64,000 nt of DNA from an uncultured beta proteobacterium (GTDB lineage Bacteria; Pseudomonadota; Gammaproteobacteria; Burkholderiales; SG8-39), in the NCBI GenBank assembly GCA_963820965.1, contig CAWGCC010000011.1, positions 655 to 64,654 of the forward strand. Direction: 5' to 3'. Position numbers and translations under genes: made by a program. The notes beneath the pieces are model-generated. The model had not been told where the DNA came from and did not search any database. It saw only the letters and a program-made list of their open reading frames with translations. This document shows positions 40,817-54,024 of this stretch, in pieces; the stretch's first letter is position 1, and every line of letters begins with the position of its first letter.

Positions 40817-41905
40817 CTACGCCGCGACGGCATCGCGGAACACCGCCTCCATGCGGTCGAGCATCGCCTCGTAGCCGAAGTGCTGCGCGCAATGCGCTCG
40901 CGCGGCCGCCCCGAGCCGCGCGCGGAGCGCAGGGTCCGCGGTCAGCCGTCCAATCGCCTGCGCGAGCGCGTCCGCATCCTGCGGCGGAACGACGAGCGCG
41001 GTGTCGCCGTCGATCGCCGCCTCGCCGATCGCGCCGACGCGGGTCGTCACGCAGGGCAAACCGCAGAGCATCGCCTGCAGCAGCGCCTGCGGCACGCCCT
41101 CGTTCGCGTACGAGGGCAGCGCGAACACGTCGAACGACCGCAGCCACGGCACGACGTCGCGCTGGTCGCCGGGCATCCACACCCGCTCGTCGAGGCCGAG
41201 CTCGCGGATGCGCGCGGCGAGCGCGCCGTGCTGCGGGCCGTCGCCGACGATCGCGAGGCCGAACCGCTCGCGCGCGAGCTTCGCCATCGCTTCGAGCAGG
41301 AACTGATGGCCTTTCCAGTCGCGGAGCGTCGCCACGATGCCGACGATCGTCCAGTCGGCCGGGAGGCCGGTCGCGACCCGCGCCGCGGCGCGGTCGCCGG
41401 GCGCGAAACGCTCGGCGGAGATCCCGGTCGGCACCGAGGTGATCCGCTCCGGGGGGAAGCCGTTCTCCTCGATCAGCGTCCGGCGCAGCGCCGTGCCGGT
41501 GGTGACGATGTGGCGCGTCGCGCCGGTGTACAGCCAGCGGGTCGCGCGATTCCTGGGCACCGGCGCCGAGACATGCCGCGTGCGCACGACCGCCGGCGCG
41601 CGCGCGAGGGTCGCGCAGGCGAACGACGTGAGCCAGGAGTCGATCGAGCTGTGGGTGTTCACCACGTCCACCCCGTTCGCGGCGAACCACCGCCGCAGTG
41701 CGAGCACGCCGCCCGGACGCTTGCGACCGATCGGCAGGTCGACTGCTTCGATTCCGCGCGTCGTCGCTTCGGCGTGGATGCGGGCGCTCGCCGGCGCGAT
41801 CAAGGTGACGCGGTGGCCGCGCGCGCGCATGCCTTCGGCTTCGCTCAGGATGCGGATCTCCTGCCCGCCCCAGCCGTGCGAGGACTCGGTGTGAACGATG
41901 TGCAT
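40817..41905 (-). CDS. GT4 LPS glycosyltransferase
   Basis: HTESSHGWGGQEIR, NTHSS.DSW, KGH, EGVPQALLQAM. Confidence 0.93.
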   Translation of the reverse strand: MHIVHTESSHGWGGQEIRILSEAEGMRARGHRVTLIAPASARIHAEATTRGIEAVDLPIGRKRPGGVLALRRWFAANGVDVVNTHSSIDSWLTSFACATLARAPAVVRTRHVSAPVPRNRATRWLYTGATRHIVTTGTALRRTLIEENGFPPERITSVPTGISAERFAPGDRAAARVATGLPADWTIVGIVATLRDWKGHQFLLEAMAKLARERFGLAIVGDGPQHGALAARIRELGLDERVWMPGDQRDVVPWLRSFDVFALPSYANEGVPQALLQAMLCGLPCVTTRVGAIGEAAIDGDTALVVPPQDADALAQAIGRLTADPALRARLGAAARAHCAQHFGYEAMLDRMEAVFRDAVAA

Positions 41906-43746
41906 CAGCGCGGGGACCGCAGCGCCGGTCCGCGCAGCTGCCGCAGCGACTCGTCGAGGACCAGGAGCTGCAGGATCTGTTCCGCCATGTGCCGCGCACC
42001 GTGCCGGTAGTGGGCGACCATCGCGCCCACCGCGCCCGCGGCGAGCTGTCCGCCGGTCGATTCCGCGAGCCGCTCGCCCGCGCCCGCCAGCCGCGCGGCC
42101 AGGTCCTCGTGCAGCCACTGCTGCAGCGGCGGATTGAACCCGCGCTTCCGGCGCGTGAAGAGCCCGTTCGCCTCGCACGGCGCGCAGACCTCCGCGAGCA
42201 GGCGCTTGGCGGGAGTCGTGAAGCGCCGCTCAGGCGGCAGCGAGAGCAGGACCTGATACCAGACGTGGTCGAGGAGCGGCGTGCGCAGCTCGAGCCCGTG
42301 CGCCATCGTGCAAAGATCGCCCTTGCGCAGGATGTACTCGGGGAAGTAGTTGTCCATGTCGATCGCGAGCAGCGTCTCGAGCGCGCCGGCGCCCGGATCT
42401 CCGCCGAGACGCCAGTACGTCGCCGGCCCGGGCGGTCGCGCGGGCTGGAGGTACGCGCGCTGACCGGGCGTGAAGCCGGAGAACCGCAGGCTGTAAGCGT
42501 CGCGCCAGTCCATGCCGGCCTCGGTCGCGATTTTCGCTGCGCCCCTGCCGTCGAGCGCCGGACGGACGCCCAGCCCCGGGATCCGCAGGCCGCGCCGCCA
42601 AGCGCTCCGCAGGTGCTGGCCGTAGCGCTTGTAGCCGGCGAAGAGCTCGTCGCCGCCGTCGCCCCCGAGCACCACCTTCACGTGCTCCACCGTCGCACGC
42701 GAGAGATACCACATCGGGAAGGCGCTCGGGTCGGCGAACGGCTCGTCGAGGTCGGCGACGATGCGCTCGAAGTCGGCGGCGACCGTCTGCGGCACGGTCA
42801 CCGCGTGATGCGGCAGGCCGACCGCGTCGGCGAATGCCTTCGCTTGCGGCGCCTCGTCCATCTCGCTGCCGGGGAACGCGGCGGTGAAGGTGTGGAGACT
42901 CCGGAAGCCCTGCTCTGCGAGCCGGCACGCGAGGACGCTCGAGTCGACGCCGCCCGAGAGGAACACGCCGAGCGGTCGGTCGGCGACCGTGCGGATCCTC
43001 ACCGCGTGATCGAGCGTCGAACGCCAGTCGCCCGGCGTGGGCCGCGGGTGCCAGTAGCGGTGCTTCGCGAGCCGCCGGGTCGCGAGGTCGAACTCGAGGT
43101 AGTGACCGTTCTCCAGCCGCGCCACGGCGCCGAAGATCGTGCGCGGCGCCGGGACGTACCGGTGCGCAAGATAGGCGTCGATCGCGTCGGCGGAGAACCC
43201 GCGGCGTGCTTCCGGCAGGTAGGGCAACACCGCGCGCACCGTCGAGCCGAACGCGAGCTCGCCGTCGTGGAGGGCGTACACGAGCGGCTTGACGCCCATC
43301 CGGTCGCGCACGAGCAGCACGCGGCCCCGGCGCAGATCCACGATCGCGAAAGCGAACATCCCGCGCAGCCGCGGAAGGCAATCGATCCCGCGCGCCTCGT
43401 AGGCGCGGAGGATGTACTCGGTGTCCGAGCGGGTGCGAAAGACGACGCCCGCCCGTCGGAGAGCGTCCGCGTCCGCTTGCCAGTCGAACACCTCGCCGTT
43501 GTACGAGATCCAGATGTCGCCGGTGTCGTTCGACATCGGCTGGTCGGCCTCGGGACGCGGATCGATGATCGACAGGCGCGCGTGCAGCAGCGCATTGGCG
43601 ATCTCGCTCCCGGTCGCGCGGAACCGTGCATCCCACAGGAGGGCGTGCTGCGCGTCGGGCCCGCGGCGCCGGATCTCGTCGAGGATGCGCGCCGGCACCG
43701 CCGGATCGACGATCCGCCCGCCGAAGAAGCCCGCGATGCCGCACAT
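41905..43746 (-). CDS. AsnB-like class II glutamine amidotransferase (copy 2)
   Basis: MCGIAG, RRGPD, RLSIID, YNGE, FLSGGVDSS, GGDGGDELFAGY, KRGFNPP. Confidence 0.92.
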   Translation of the reverse strand: MCGIAGFFGGRIVDPAVPARILDEIRRRGPDAQHALLWDARFRATGSEIANALLHARLSIIDPRPEADQPMSNDTGDIWISYNGEVFDWQADADALRRAGVVFRTRSDTEYILRAYEARGIDCLPRLRGMFAFAIVDLRRGRVLLVRDRMGVKPLVYALHDGELAFGSTVRAVLPYLPEARRGFSADAIDAYLAHRYVPAPRTIFGAVARLENGHYLEFDLATRRLAKHRYWHPRPTPGDWRSTLDHAVRIRTVADRPLGVFLSGGVDSSVLACRLAEQGFRSLHTFTAAFPGSEMDEAPQAKAFADAVGLPHHAVTVPQTVAADFERIVADLDEPFADPSAFPMWYLSRATVEHVKVVLGGDGGDELFAGYKRYGQHLRSAWRRGLRIPGLGVRPALDGRGAAKIATEAGMDWRDAYSLRFSGFTPGQRAYLQPARPPGPATYWRLGGDPGAGALETLLAIDMDNYFPEYILRKGDLCTMAHGLELRTPLLDHVWYQVLLSLPPERRFTTPAKRLLAEVCAPCEANGLFTRRKRGFNPPLQQWLHEDLAARLAGAGERLAESTGGQLAAGAVGAMVAHYRHGARHMAEQILQLLVLDESLRQLRGPALRSPR

Positions 43747-43750
43747 CCGG

Positions 43751-45616
43751 CTACAGCGCGAACGCCGGCTCGTAGCGCCGGAACCACTGCTCCAGCACGA
43801 CGAGCGCCCACAGCCGCGTCGAGTGATTCTTGCGGCCGCTCTGGTGCTGGGCGAGCAGCCGCTCGAGCGCACCGGGCGCGAAGAGGCCGCGCTTCGCCAG
43901 CCCGGTCTGCGACACGCATTCGGCGACGAGCGGCTTCAGCCCGCCGGCGAGCCATTCGCTGAGCGGCATCACGAAGCCCTGCTTCCCGCGGTGGACGATG
44001 CGCGCCGGCAGGTAGCGCTCCGCTACCTTCTTGAGCACGTACTTGCGGGTATCCCCGCGCTGCTTGAGCCGCGGGTCGAGCCGCGCGCACACCTCGAAGA
44101 ACTTGTGGTCGAGATAGGGCACGCGCGCCTCGAGGGACCCCGCCATCGTCGCCCGGTCGACCTTGGTCAGCAGGTCGTCGGGCAGCCAGAGCCGCGCGTC
44201 GACGTACATGATCCGGTCCATGTACTCGGCGGAGTTGCACTCCTCGTAGTACCGCTCGGCGTACTCGCGCATGCGCTCGGTGGCTGCCCGCCCGAACGGC
44301 GCGGAGAACATCGTCGACCGCAGCGACTCGTCGAAGATGCTCGGGATCGTCACGTAGCGCTGCGAGAGCGGCCGGCTGACCGCCTTCACGATCCGGTCCT
44401 TGGCGAGCGCCGGCGGCAGCCTTCGCGCGACGGCTGGCAGCGGCGACCCGCGCGCGGCGAGCAGCGAGACGAGCCGCTCCTCCCGGACGCGCTTCGCGTA
44501 GTTGCCATAGCCGGCGAAGATCTCGTCCGCGCCCTCGCCAGTCAGGACGACGGTCACGTGCCTGCGCGTCAGCCGCGCGAGCAGCAGCGTCGGCAGCGCG
44601 GCCTGGTCGCCGAACGGCTCGTCGAACACGTCGACCCAGGCGCCGAACGCGTCGAGCACCGTGGCCGGCTCGATCACGAGCGAGTGATGCCGGCTGCCGA
44701 TGTGCTGCGCGGCGATCCCGGCTTCCTCGCGCTCGCTCTCCAGGACGTCGCCGGCAAAGCTGAGGTTGAAGGTCTCGACCGGCTTCCCCGAGACGTCCGT
44801 CATCAGCGCGGCGACGAGGCTCGAATCGATGCCGCCGCTGACGAACGCGCCGAGCGGCACGTCGGCCACCAGCATCGACTCGACCGACCGCCGCAGCTCC
44901 CGCTCGACGAGCGCGATCGCCTCGCTGTCGTCGAGCGCAAGCTTGCGGGAATAGTCCGGGACCCAGTAGCGCCGGTGCCCGAGCTCGCCGCCGGCGAGCA
45001 CGAGCGCATGCCCGGCCTCGAGCTTCTTCACGTGCCGGTAGACGCTCCTGGGCGCAGGAATGTACTGGCACTCGAGGTAGAGCGCGATCGCCGAGAGATC
45101 GATCTCGCGGCGCACCGCTGGATGCTCGAGGAGCGACTTCAGCTCCGAGCCGAACGCGAACACGCTGCCGTCCCAGTAGTAGTAGAGCGGCTTCACACCG
45201 AGGTGATCGCGCGCGAGGAAGAGCGTCTGACTGCGTTCGTCCCAGAGCGCGAACGCGAACATCCCCGCGATCCGGTCGAGCATGCCCTCGCCCCACTCCT
45301 CCCAGGCGTGGACGAGCACCTCGGTGTCGCCGTCGGTGCGGAACGTGTGCCCGGCCGCCGCGAGCTCGCGGCGCAGGTCCTGGAAGTTGTAGATCTCGCC
45401 GTTGAACACCACCACCACGGCGCCGTCTTCGTTGAAGAGCGGCTGCGCGCTGCCGGCGAGGTCGATGATGCTGAGGCGGCGGTGGCCGAGACGGATGCGC
45501 CCGGCGACGTAGAAGCCCTCGGCGTCGGGGCCGCGGTGCGCGATGACCCGGGTCATCCGTTCCAGCACGTCGGGCGCGTACTCGCGCTCGCTCCAGTAGC
45601 CGGCAATGCCGCACAT
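43751..45616 (-). CDS. AsnB-like class II glutamine amidotransferase (copy 1)
   Basis: MCGIAG, HRGPD, HRRLSIID, FNGEIYN, SGGIDSS, TGEGADEIFAGY, KVDR..SLEARVP, KQGF. Confidence 0.93.
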   Translation of the reverse strand: MCGIAGYWSEREYAPDVLERMTRVIAHRGPDAEGFYVAGRIRLGHRRLSIIDLAGSAQPLFNEDGAVVVVFNGEIYNFQDLRRELAAAGHTFRTDGDTEVLVHAWEEWGEGMLDRIAGMFAFALWDERSQTLFLARDHLGVKPLYYYWDGSVFAFGSELKSLLEHPAVRREIDLSAIALYLECQYIPAPRSVYRHVKKLEAGHALVLAGGELGHRRYWVPDYSRKLALDDSEAIALVERELRRSVESMLVADVPLGAFVSGGIDSSLVAALMTDVSGKPVETFNLSFAGDVLESEREEAGIAAQHIGSRHHSLVIEPATVLDAFGAWVDVFDEPFGDQAALPTLLLARLTRRHVTVVLTGEGADEIFAGYGNYAKRVREERLVSLLAARGSPLPAVARRLPPALAKDRIVKAVSRPLSQRYVTIPSIFDESLRSTMFSAPFGRAATERMREYAERYYEECNSAEYMDRIMYVDARLWLPDDLLTKVDRATMAGSLEARVPYLDHKFFEVCARLDPRLKQRGDTRKYVLKKVAERYLPARIVHRGKQGFVMPLSEWLAGGLKPLVAECVSQTGLAKRGLFAPGALERLLAQHQSGRKNHSTRLWALVVLEQWFRRYEPAFAL

Positions 45617-45637
45617 GCGAGGCGCGGGCCGGCCCGC

Positions 45638-47402
<1,765 letters not shown>

Positions 47403-47430
47403 GGGCCGGGCCGGATTATACGACCCGCCG

Positions 47431-48561
47431 CTATGCCTCTTTCGCGAGCAGCCCCCGGTACAGCTTGACCAGCCGCTCCGCCATCGCGTCGAGCCCGAGG
47501 TCGAGCACCGAGGCGCGCGCCTCCGCGCTCATTTCGACCGGCCCGCGCGCCGCGATTGCGGCCATCGCCCGCGCGAGCGCGTCGGCGTCGAGCGCGTTGA
47601 CGACGTGGCCGTTCTCGCCCTCGCGCACCAGCTCGGCCGCACCGCACTGCTTGCTGACGACGATCGGGAGGCCGCTCGCCAGCGCCTCGAGCGCGGCATT
47701 GGGAAACGGATCGTACAGCGTCGCGAGCACGAAGCAGTCGGCCGCGCCGTAGAACGGCCTGACGTCGGTCTGGCCGCCCGCGAAGTGCACGCGGTTCGCC
47801 ACGCCCAGCCGCGCTGCGGCGGCGCGCGCCGCGGATTCGCCGCGATCCCTCCCTACGACGACGAGGCGCGTGCGCCGGTCCTCGAGGCGCGCGAGCGCCG
47901 CGAGCAGCGTTGCGACGCCCTTCCGCGCGAATCCCGACCCGACGTGCAGATAGACCATCGCGTCGTCCGGAATGCCGAGCTCGTTGCGCACCAGCGCGCG
48001 ATGCTCCGGACGCAGCGCCGGCACGAAAGCGTCGAGGTCGACGCCGTTGTAGACGACGTGGAGCTTCTCCTTCGGCGTGCCGAAGTGCCACTGGATCTCG
48101 TCGCGCACCATGCGCGAGTTGCAGATCACCGCGCGCAGTCGCGGGCTCGCGAAGAGCCGCTGCTCCGCCGCCAGCACATACCGGTGGTAGGGGCTGAGCC
48201 GCGCCGCGAGCCGGGCGAGCGTGCCGCCGGCGCGTCCGCGGTTCTTCAGCCATTGCCGGTGCACTCCGTCGCCGGCGCGGTACACGTCGCAGCACGCGAG
48301 CCGCTCGTGCGACTGCACGAGATCGAACGCCTCGCCCGCGAGCCGCGCGCACACCGCGCGCGCGAAGCTCCAGTCGCGCCAGAGGCGCCCGACGTAGAAG
48401 GGGTCGACCTCGAGCACTTCGCCGGGCGCGCCCTCTTGCCACTGCCTTGCGACCACTGTCAGCTGCGCACCCTGCGCGGCGAGCGCATCGAGCGCGCGCG
48501 CGACGAAGCGCTCGGCGCCGCCGAACGGGTTGTAGCGCTGCCTGATGATCGCGATGCGCAT
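47431..48561 (-). CDS. GT4 LPS core glycosyltransferase (WaaG-like)
   Basis: YNPFGGAERF, YRAGDGVH, GSGFARKG, YDPFPNAALEALASG. Confidence 0.9.
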   Translation of the reverse strand: MRIAIIRQRYNPFGGAERFVARALDALAAQGAQLTVVARQWQEGAPGEVLEVDPFYVGRLWRDWSFARAVCARLAGEAFDLVQSHERLACCDVYRAGDGVHRQWLKNRGRAGGTLARLAARLSPYHRYVLAAEQRLFASPRLRAVICNSRMVRDEIQWHFGTPKEKLHVVYNGVDLDAFVPALRPEHRALVRNELGIPDDAMVYLHVGSGFARKGVATLLAALARLEDRRTRLVVVGRDRGESAARAAAARLGVANRVHFAGGQTDVRPFYGAADCFVLATLYDPFPNAALEALASGLPIVVSKQCGAAELVREGENGHVVNALDADALARAMAAIAARGPVEMSAEARASVLDLGLDAMAERLVKLYRGLLAKEA

Positions 48562-48594
48562 TGGCCGCGCGAATTCTAACGACGAAGTCCGGGG

Positions 48595-49494
48595 TCAACC
48601 CCGCGCGCGGTCGAGCGTCTCGCACAGCTCGACGCCACCGTCGACGATACGGGGGCTCATGCGGTGCGCAGCGGCGGGGTCGACCGGGTAGACCCGCCCC
48701 TCGCGGCCGGCCCGCAGCCGCTCCCACGAGCGCCAGAACGCGATCCGTTCGGCGACGCGCGGCGCCGGCGCGGCCACGACGATCGCGTCCGGATCTGCCG
48801 CGAGCACCTGCTCGCGCGAGATCGTCGGCACCAGCGGCGCCGCGGCCGCGAACACGTTCCGCCCACCGCACATCTCGACCAGATGCGAGATCAGGTGGCG
48901 CCCGTTCACCGTCATCAGCGGCTCCGGCCAGATCTCGTAGAACACCCTCACGGCGGGCCGTCCGCGATAGCGCTCGCGCAGGTTCGCGAACCGCGCCTCG
49001 ACCGCCCGCGCCGCGGCGTCGGCCTCGGCCTCCGTGCCGGCGAGCTTTCCGACCAGGCGCAGAATGCGCGCGACGTCCTCCGGCCGTGACGCTTCGGTCG
49101 CGAACACGCGCACGCCGCGCGCTTCGAGCCGCTCGAAGTCGGGTGCGCGGTTGCCGCTCACCCAGATGAGCGCCAGGTCGGGCTTGAGCTTAGCGATCTC
49201 CTCGAAGTTGACCCTGCCGTGATCGGAAACGACCGGAAGGCGCATCGCCTCTGGCGGGAAATCGCTGTAACTCGACACGCCGACGACCCTGCCGCCGGCG
49301 CCCGCGGCGAAGGCAATCTCGGTGAGATGCGGCGCGAGCGTCACGATCCGCGTCGCGGGCCGCGCGAGCACGATCTCGCGGCCCCGATCGTCGGTGACCC
49401 GGATCTCGGCCGCCGCCGCGTGTGCCGACGCGACCACGATTGCGGTCGCTGCGATCCGCGCGAGGGCGGCGGCCAGGGCAGGCGCTCGTGTCAT
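48595..49494 (-). CDS. btuF: Periplasmic cobalamin-binding protein
   Basis: Signal peptide; VTDDRG..RIVTLAPHLTE, VGVSSYSDFP, RVFYEIW..PLMTVN, CGGRNVF; ORF not in the supplied track. Confidence 0.85.
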   Translation of the reverse strand: MTRAPALAAALARIAATAIVVASAHAAAAEIRVTDDRGREIVLARPATRIVTLAPHLTEIAFAAGAGGRVVGVSSYSDFPPEAMRLPVVSDHGRVNFEEIAKLKPDLALIWVSGNRAPDFERLEARGVRVFATEASRPEDVARILRLVGKLAGTEAEADAAARAVEARFANLRERYRGRPAVRVFYEIWPEPLMTVNGRHLISHLVEMCGGRNVFAAAAPLVPTISREQVLAADPDAIVVAAPAPRVAERIAFWRSWERLRAGREGRVYPVDPAAAHRMSPRIVDGGVELCETLDRARG

Positions 49495-50576
49495 CCGCCG
49501 GCGAGCAGCTCGCGCGCGGCCGCGTGGACGCGGTCGACCGGAAGCGTCGTCAGGCATTCGCTCACCTTGCCGCCGCCGCAGCCGTCGTTGCCGCAGGGAC
49601 GGCAGGGGTGGTCGTCGGACGTGATCACGCGGCTCCGTACGCGCCATGGCCCCCACTCGACGTCGCCGCTCGGCCCGAACAGCGCGACCACCGGCGTGCC
49701 CATCGCCGCCGCGATGTGCATCGGCGCGGAGTCCACTCCAACGAAGAGTTTCGCGCGCGCGGTGAGCGCCGCGAGCGCCTTGAGCGAGAGCTTGCCCGAC
49801 AGGTCGATCGGCGCGCTCGTGCATGCCGCGAGGACCGCGCGCACGAGCTCGAGCTCCGGCGCGCTCGGGGCGGCGGTGATCAGCACCGCGTGACCGTCGC
49901 GGGCGAGCGCGTCGACGAGCGCCGCGGTGCGGTCGGCCGGCCAACACTTGAAGCGCCACCGCGAGGCGGGGTGAACATGGACGAAACCCGCTTCGGTGAT
50001 GCCCAGGGACGCGAGCCGCGCCGTGATCGCGCTCGTCGCCTCCGCGCCGGGCACCAGCGTGAGTCGCCGCTCGGCTTCGCCTGGATAGACCCCGATGCGC
50101 CGCAACGCATCGAGATTGACCTCGACCGTGTGGCGCCGGCCGTTGCCGGGGAGCCGGTAAAGGTGCGTGAAGCTCTTCCGCCAGAACCGGCCGCGACCGG
50201 GCTGGTCCGGCGCGACGCGGTAACGCGGGCGCAGCAGGCGCGCGAGCGAGACGCCGCGCGGATGGTCGGTGAGCGTCACGAGCAGGTCGTATCGCCGCGC
50301 GCGCAGCCGTGCGAGAAGTCCCCACTCCGCGGCGAGCTTGCGCGCGAGCGGCAGCCCGCGCCACGCGCGTCCGACCGTGTGCACCTCGGCGATCGCCGGA
50401 TGCAGAGTCAGCATCTCCTGCGTGTCGTCGTAGACGAGCGCGTCGATCTCGAGCTGCGGCGCGTGGTTCTTCAGCACCGAGAACACCGGCCCCGCGAGCA
50501 GCACGTCGCCGTGATGGCGCAGCTTCACCACCAGCGCGCGGCGCAGGCTCGCGACGTCGACGGCGTCCGGGACCAT
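49491..50576 (-). CDS. waaQ: LPS heptosyltransferase III-like (GT9)
   Basis: KLRHHGDVLL, HPASRWRFKCW, GVDSAPMHIAAA, FGPSG..W.PW, GCGGGKVSECL. Confidence 0.88.
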   Translation of the reverse strand: MVPDAVDVASLRRALVVKLRHHGDVLLAGPVFSVLKNHAPQLEIDALVYDDTQEMLTLHPAIAEVHTVGRAWRGLPLARKLAAEWGLLARLRARRYDLLVTLTDHPRGVSLARLLRPRYRVAPDQPGRGRFWRKSFTHLYRLPGNGRRHTVEVNLDALRRIGVYPGEAERRLTLVPGAEATSAITARLASLGITEAGFVHVHPASRWRFKCWPADRTAALVDALARDGHAVLITAAPSAPELELVRAVLAACTSAPIDLSGKLSLKALAALTARAKLFVGVDSAPMHIAAAMGTPVVALFGPSGDVEWGPWRVRSRVITSDDHPCRPCGNDGCGGGKVSECLTTLPVDRVHAAARELLAGG

Positions 50577-50625
50577 GGCGGTGCGACGATAGCAGGCTTC
50601 CCGTCCCGCATGAAACAATCCGGCC

Positions 50626-52101
50626 GTGCCAGCGCTCATGATCCAGGGCACGTCCTCCGACGCCGGGAAGTCGACGCTGGTCGCCGGGCTTGCACGCGCG
50701 TTCGTCCGCCGCGGGATCCGCGTCGCGCCGTTCAAGCCCCAGAACATGGCGCTCAACAGCGCGGTGACGCCGGACGGCTGCGAGATCGGCCGCGCGCAGG
50801 CGCTGCAGGCGCGGGCCGCGCGCATCGCCCCGCACGCCGACATGAATCCGGTTCTGCTCAAGCCGAACAGCGATATCGGCGCGCAGGTGATCATCCAGGG
50901 CCGCCCCGTCGCGAACCTCGATGCGCGCGCGTACCAGGACTACAAGCGCGTCGCGATGCGCGCCGTGCTCGAATCGTTCGGCCGGCTTGCGGACGAGTAC
51001 GACTGCGTGCTGGCCGAAGGCGCCGGCAGCCCCGCCGAGATCAACCTGCGCGCGAACGACATCGCGAACATGGGCTTTGCCGAGGCAGCCGACTGCCCGG
51101 TGGTGCTGGTCGGCGACATCGACCGTGGCGGCGTGTTCGCGCAGTTCGTCGGCACGCTCGCCCTCCTCGCGCCTTCGGAGTGCGCGCGAATCTGCGGTTT
51201 CGTCGTCAATCGCTTCCGCGGCGACGTGTCGCTGCTCACCCCCGGACTCGAATGGCTCCGGCGCAACACCGGCAAGCCGGTGCTCGGCGTCCTGCCGTAC
51301 CTCGAAGGGCTGCACCTCGACGCCGAAGACGCGCTCCCGCGCGTCCCGACCGGCCCGAGCGATCCCGCGCTGAAGGTCGCGGTACCGGCGCTGCCGCGGA
51401 TCTCGAACCACACCGATTTCGACCCGCTGCGCGCGCACCCGCAGGTCGCCTTCCGCTTCGTCGGTCCGGGCGAGCGGATCGGCGCCGTCGACCTCGTCGT
51501 GCTGCCGGGGACGAAGAGCGTCGCGGCCGACCTCGCGTTCCTGCGCGCGCAAGGCTGGGACGAGGAGATCCGGCGGCATCTGCGCTACGGCGGCAGGCTG
51601 ATCGGGATCTGCGGCGGCATGCTGATGCTCGGTCGCGCGATCCGTGATCCGCTCGGTATCGAGAGCGCGGCGGGCGCGGTCGAGGGCCTCGGCCTGCTCG
51701 ACCTCGAGACGACGCTCTCCCCCGAGAAGACGCTGCGGCGCGTGAGCGGGCGACTCGCGCTCGGGCGCGCCGCCGTCGACGGCTACGAGATCCACCACGG
51801 CGAGACTACCGGTGCCGCGCTCGGGCGCGCGGCGCTCGAGCGCGACGACGGGATCCCCGACGGCGCGGTTTCCGCGGACGGGAGGATCCTCGCCACCTAC
51901 TGGCACGGCATTTTCGACCGCGGCGAGGCCTGCGCCGCGCTCCTCGCGTGGGCGGGCCTCGCCGGAGCGCAGGCCGAGGATCAGGCGGCGCGTGTCGAGC
52001 GTTCGCTCGAGCGCCTCGCCGACGCCGTCGACGCGCATCTCGACGTCGGCGCGCTCGCCCGCCTCGCCGGCGTCAGCGCCCCTGGTAGCGCACGCCGATG
52101 A
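50626..52101 (+). CDS. cobQ: Cobyric acid synthase
   Basis: [57 protein letters not shown]. Confidence 0.95.
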   Translation: MPALMIQGTSSDAGKSTLVAGLARAFVRRGIRVAPFKPQNMALNSAVTPDGCEIGRAQALQARAARIAPHADMNPVLLKPNSDIGAQVIIQGRPVANLDARAYQDYKRVAMRAVLESFGRLADEYDCVLAEGAGSPAEINLRANDIANMGFAEAADCPVVLVGDIDRGGVFAQFVGTLALLAPSECARICGFVVNRFRGDVSLLTPGLEWLRRNTGKPVLGVLPYLEGLHLDAEDALPRVPTGPSDPALKVAVPALPRISNHTDFDPLRAHPQVAFRFVGPGERIGAVDLVVLPGTKSVAADLAFLRAQGWDEEIRRHLRYGGRLIGICGGMLMLGRAIRDPLGIESAAGAVEGLGLLDLETTLSPEKTLRRVSGRLALGRAAVDGYEIHHGETTGAALGRAALERDDGIPDGAVSADGRILATYWHGIFDRGEACAALLAWAGLAGAQAEDQAARVERSLERLADAVDAHLDVGALARLAGVSAPGSARR

Positions 52102-53890
52102 ACCCGTTCGCGGGCGGCGCCGGGAAGCCGCGCGCCGTCTCGTACTCCTTGTCGAGCAGGTTGTTCACGCGCGCTTCGATCGCCCATTCGGGCGTCAGGA
52201 CGTACCGCAGCGTGAGGTTCACCACGGCGAAGCCGTCGAGCTTGTTGGTGTTGGCGACGTCGTCGTAGCGGGGTCCGACAAGCACCACTTCGATACCCGG
52301 CTGCCACGCTGCGCCTTGATAGAGCGCGCGGAAGCTCGCGTAGCGCCCCGCCCGGCGCGGCAGCTCCTTGCCGGTGTCCACGTCGTCCGCCCGCAGGAAA
52401 TCCACGCTCGCCCCGAGGTCCCACTTGTCGATGAGACCCGCGTATGTGAGCGTGAGACCGGTGAGATCGGCTTTGCCGACGTTCTGCGGGCGGTTGGTCG
52501 CGCCGTCGAACACGATGAGATTGCTCACCCGATTGTCGTAGTACACGGCGCCGAAGCGGTGCACGCCCGGTTGCCACGCCAGGCCGACCTCGAAGTTCTC
52601 CGCTTCTTCCGGCTGCAGGTTGGGGTTGCTGAACCCCGGAAAGTAGAGGTCGTTGAACGACGGCGCGCGGAACGCGGTGCCGTACGAGGCGAACGCGCGC
52701 AGCTCCGGCGTGAAGTGATAGCCGTAGGCCGCGAGCCCGGTCGTCTTGCCGCCGAACTGGCTGTTGTCGTCACGTCGCAGATTGCCCTGCAGCTGGTGGT
52801 TGCCGAAACCGGCCGTCACTCCGCCGAGCAGCGAATTGATCGCGCGGGTCGTCACCGGGAAGGGCGTGGTGCTCGAAAGCTGCTCCTCCCGCCACTCGTA
52901 GGCGACGAGCGCCTGGCCGAATGGAAGCGCGATGTCGTTCTGCCAGGTGAACTGGTCCTGGTAGGTGCGGAAGGACGTCCGCGCGGTCGACGAGGTGACG
53001 CTCTCGACGTCGTCGACACCGCGTCCGAGACGCAGCGTGCTCGTCCACTCGGGCAGGAAGCGGTCCCGGAGATACACGCTGTAGGTGGCGACCGTCTTGT
53101 CGACCCGGGCGTCGAAGGGGGACGGCCCGTTGTCGAACTTGTTCTTGCCGTCGCTGTAGAGGACGTTGGCGCCGAGCTGATGATCGGCGTTGAAGTCGTA
53201 TTGCACCGAACCCGCGAAGTTCGCGTTCTTGTAGCCGTCGCGGTCGGGGTTGAAGGCGAACGGCTGCGTCTGCGCGCTATTGGTGGCGGAGTAGCCCTGG
53301 GTCGAGTAATAGCCGCCCCCGAGCGAATAGGCGAGCGCCTCCGTGGTCCCGGTCACGCCGACGTCGACCTCGCCCGTCCACATCGTGCCGACGCCGGCGA
53401 ACGCATTGAGTGCCGGTGCGCCCCGCCCGCGGCGGGTGAAGATCTGGATGACTCCGCCGATCGCGTCAGCCCCGTAGAGCGCGCTCGCCGGTCCGCGCAG
53501 GATCTCGATACGGTCGACCTGGGCGAGCGGGATCGACTCGAGCGGCGGAATGCCGGCCGACGCCGAGCTGACCCGGACGCCGTCGATCAGCACGACGGTC
53601 TGCGAGGAGTTCGCGCCGCGGATGAAGAGCGCCGACGTCGACCCGATGCCGCCGTTCTGGGCCGCCTGCAGGCCGGGCTGACGGCTGAGCAGATCGATGA
53701 GCCCGCTCGTGCCGGCGCGTTCGATCTCGGGGCGCTGGATAACGGTGACGTCCGCGAGGACGCGGCTTACGCGCGTCGGATAGCGGGTCGCGGTGACGAC
53801 GACTGCGTCATCGGCATCCTGGGCGGCAATCGGGGTTGCAGAAAACGCGGCGACGAACGCGGCAGTGGCCCGCGCGCGGCTGGAAGACAT
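52073..53890 (-). CDS. btuB: TonB-dependent receptor, BtuB-like
   Basis: [57 protein letters not shown]; downstream of a cobalamin riboswitch. Confidence 0.9.
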   Translation of the reverse strand: MSSSRARATAAFVAAFSATPIAAQDADDAVVVTATRYPTRVSRVLADVTVIQRPEIERAGTSGLIDLLSRQPGLQAAQNGGIGSTSALFIRGANSSQTVVLIDGVRVSSASAGIPPLESIPLAQVDRIEILRGPASALYGADAIGGVIQIFTRRGRGAPALNAFAGVGTMWTGEVDVGVTGTTEALAYSLGGGYYSTQGYSATNSAQTQPFAFNPDRDGYKNANFAGSVQYDFNADHQLGANVLYSDGKNKFDNGPSPFDARVDKTVATYSVYLRDRFLPEWTSTLRLGRGVDDVESVTSSTARTSFRTYQDQFTWQNDIALPFGQALVAYEWREEQLSSTTPFPVTTRAINSLLGGVTAGFGNHQLQGNLRRDDNSQFGGKTTGLAAYGYHFTPELRAFASYGTAFRAPSFNDLYFPGFSNPNLQPEEAENFEVGLAWQPGVHRFGAVYYDNRVSNLIVFDGATNRPQNVGKADLTGLTLTYAGLIDKWDLGASVDFLRADDVDTGKELPRRAGRYASFRALYQGAAWQPGIEVVLVGPRYDDVANTNKLDGFAVVNLTLRYVLTPEWAIEARVNNLLDKEYETARGFPAPPANGFIGVRYQGR

Positions 53891-54024
53891 GGCTCGTTCC
53901 TCCCACCGGCGAGCGTCCCCGCAAGCCGGCACAGCTCGTGGCGAACGGCGAGCGCGCGCGGACAGGAGGAGGCGAGGGTATCGAGAGCCCCGCACCCGCC
54001 CGCCGCGAGCAGCGCCGACCTGTC

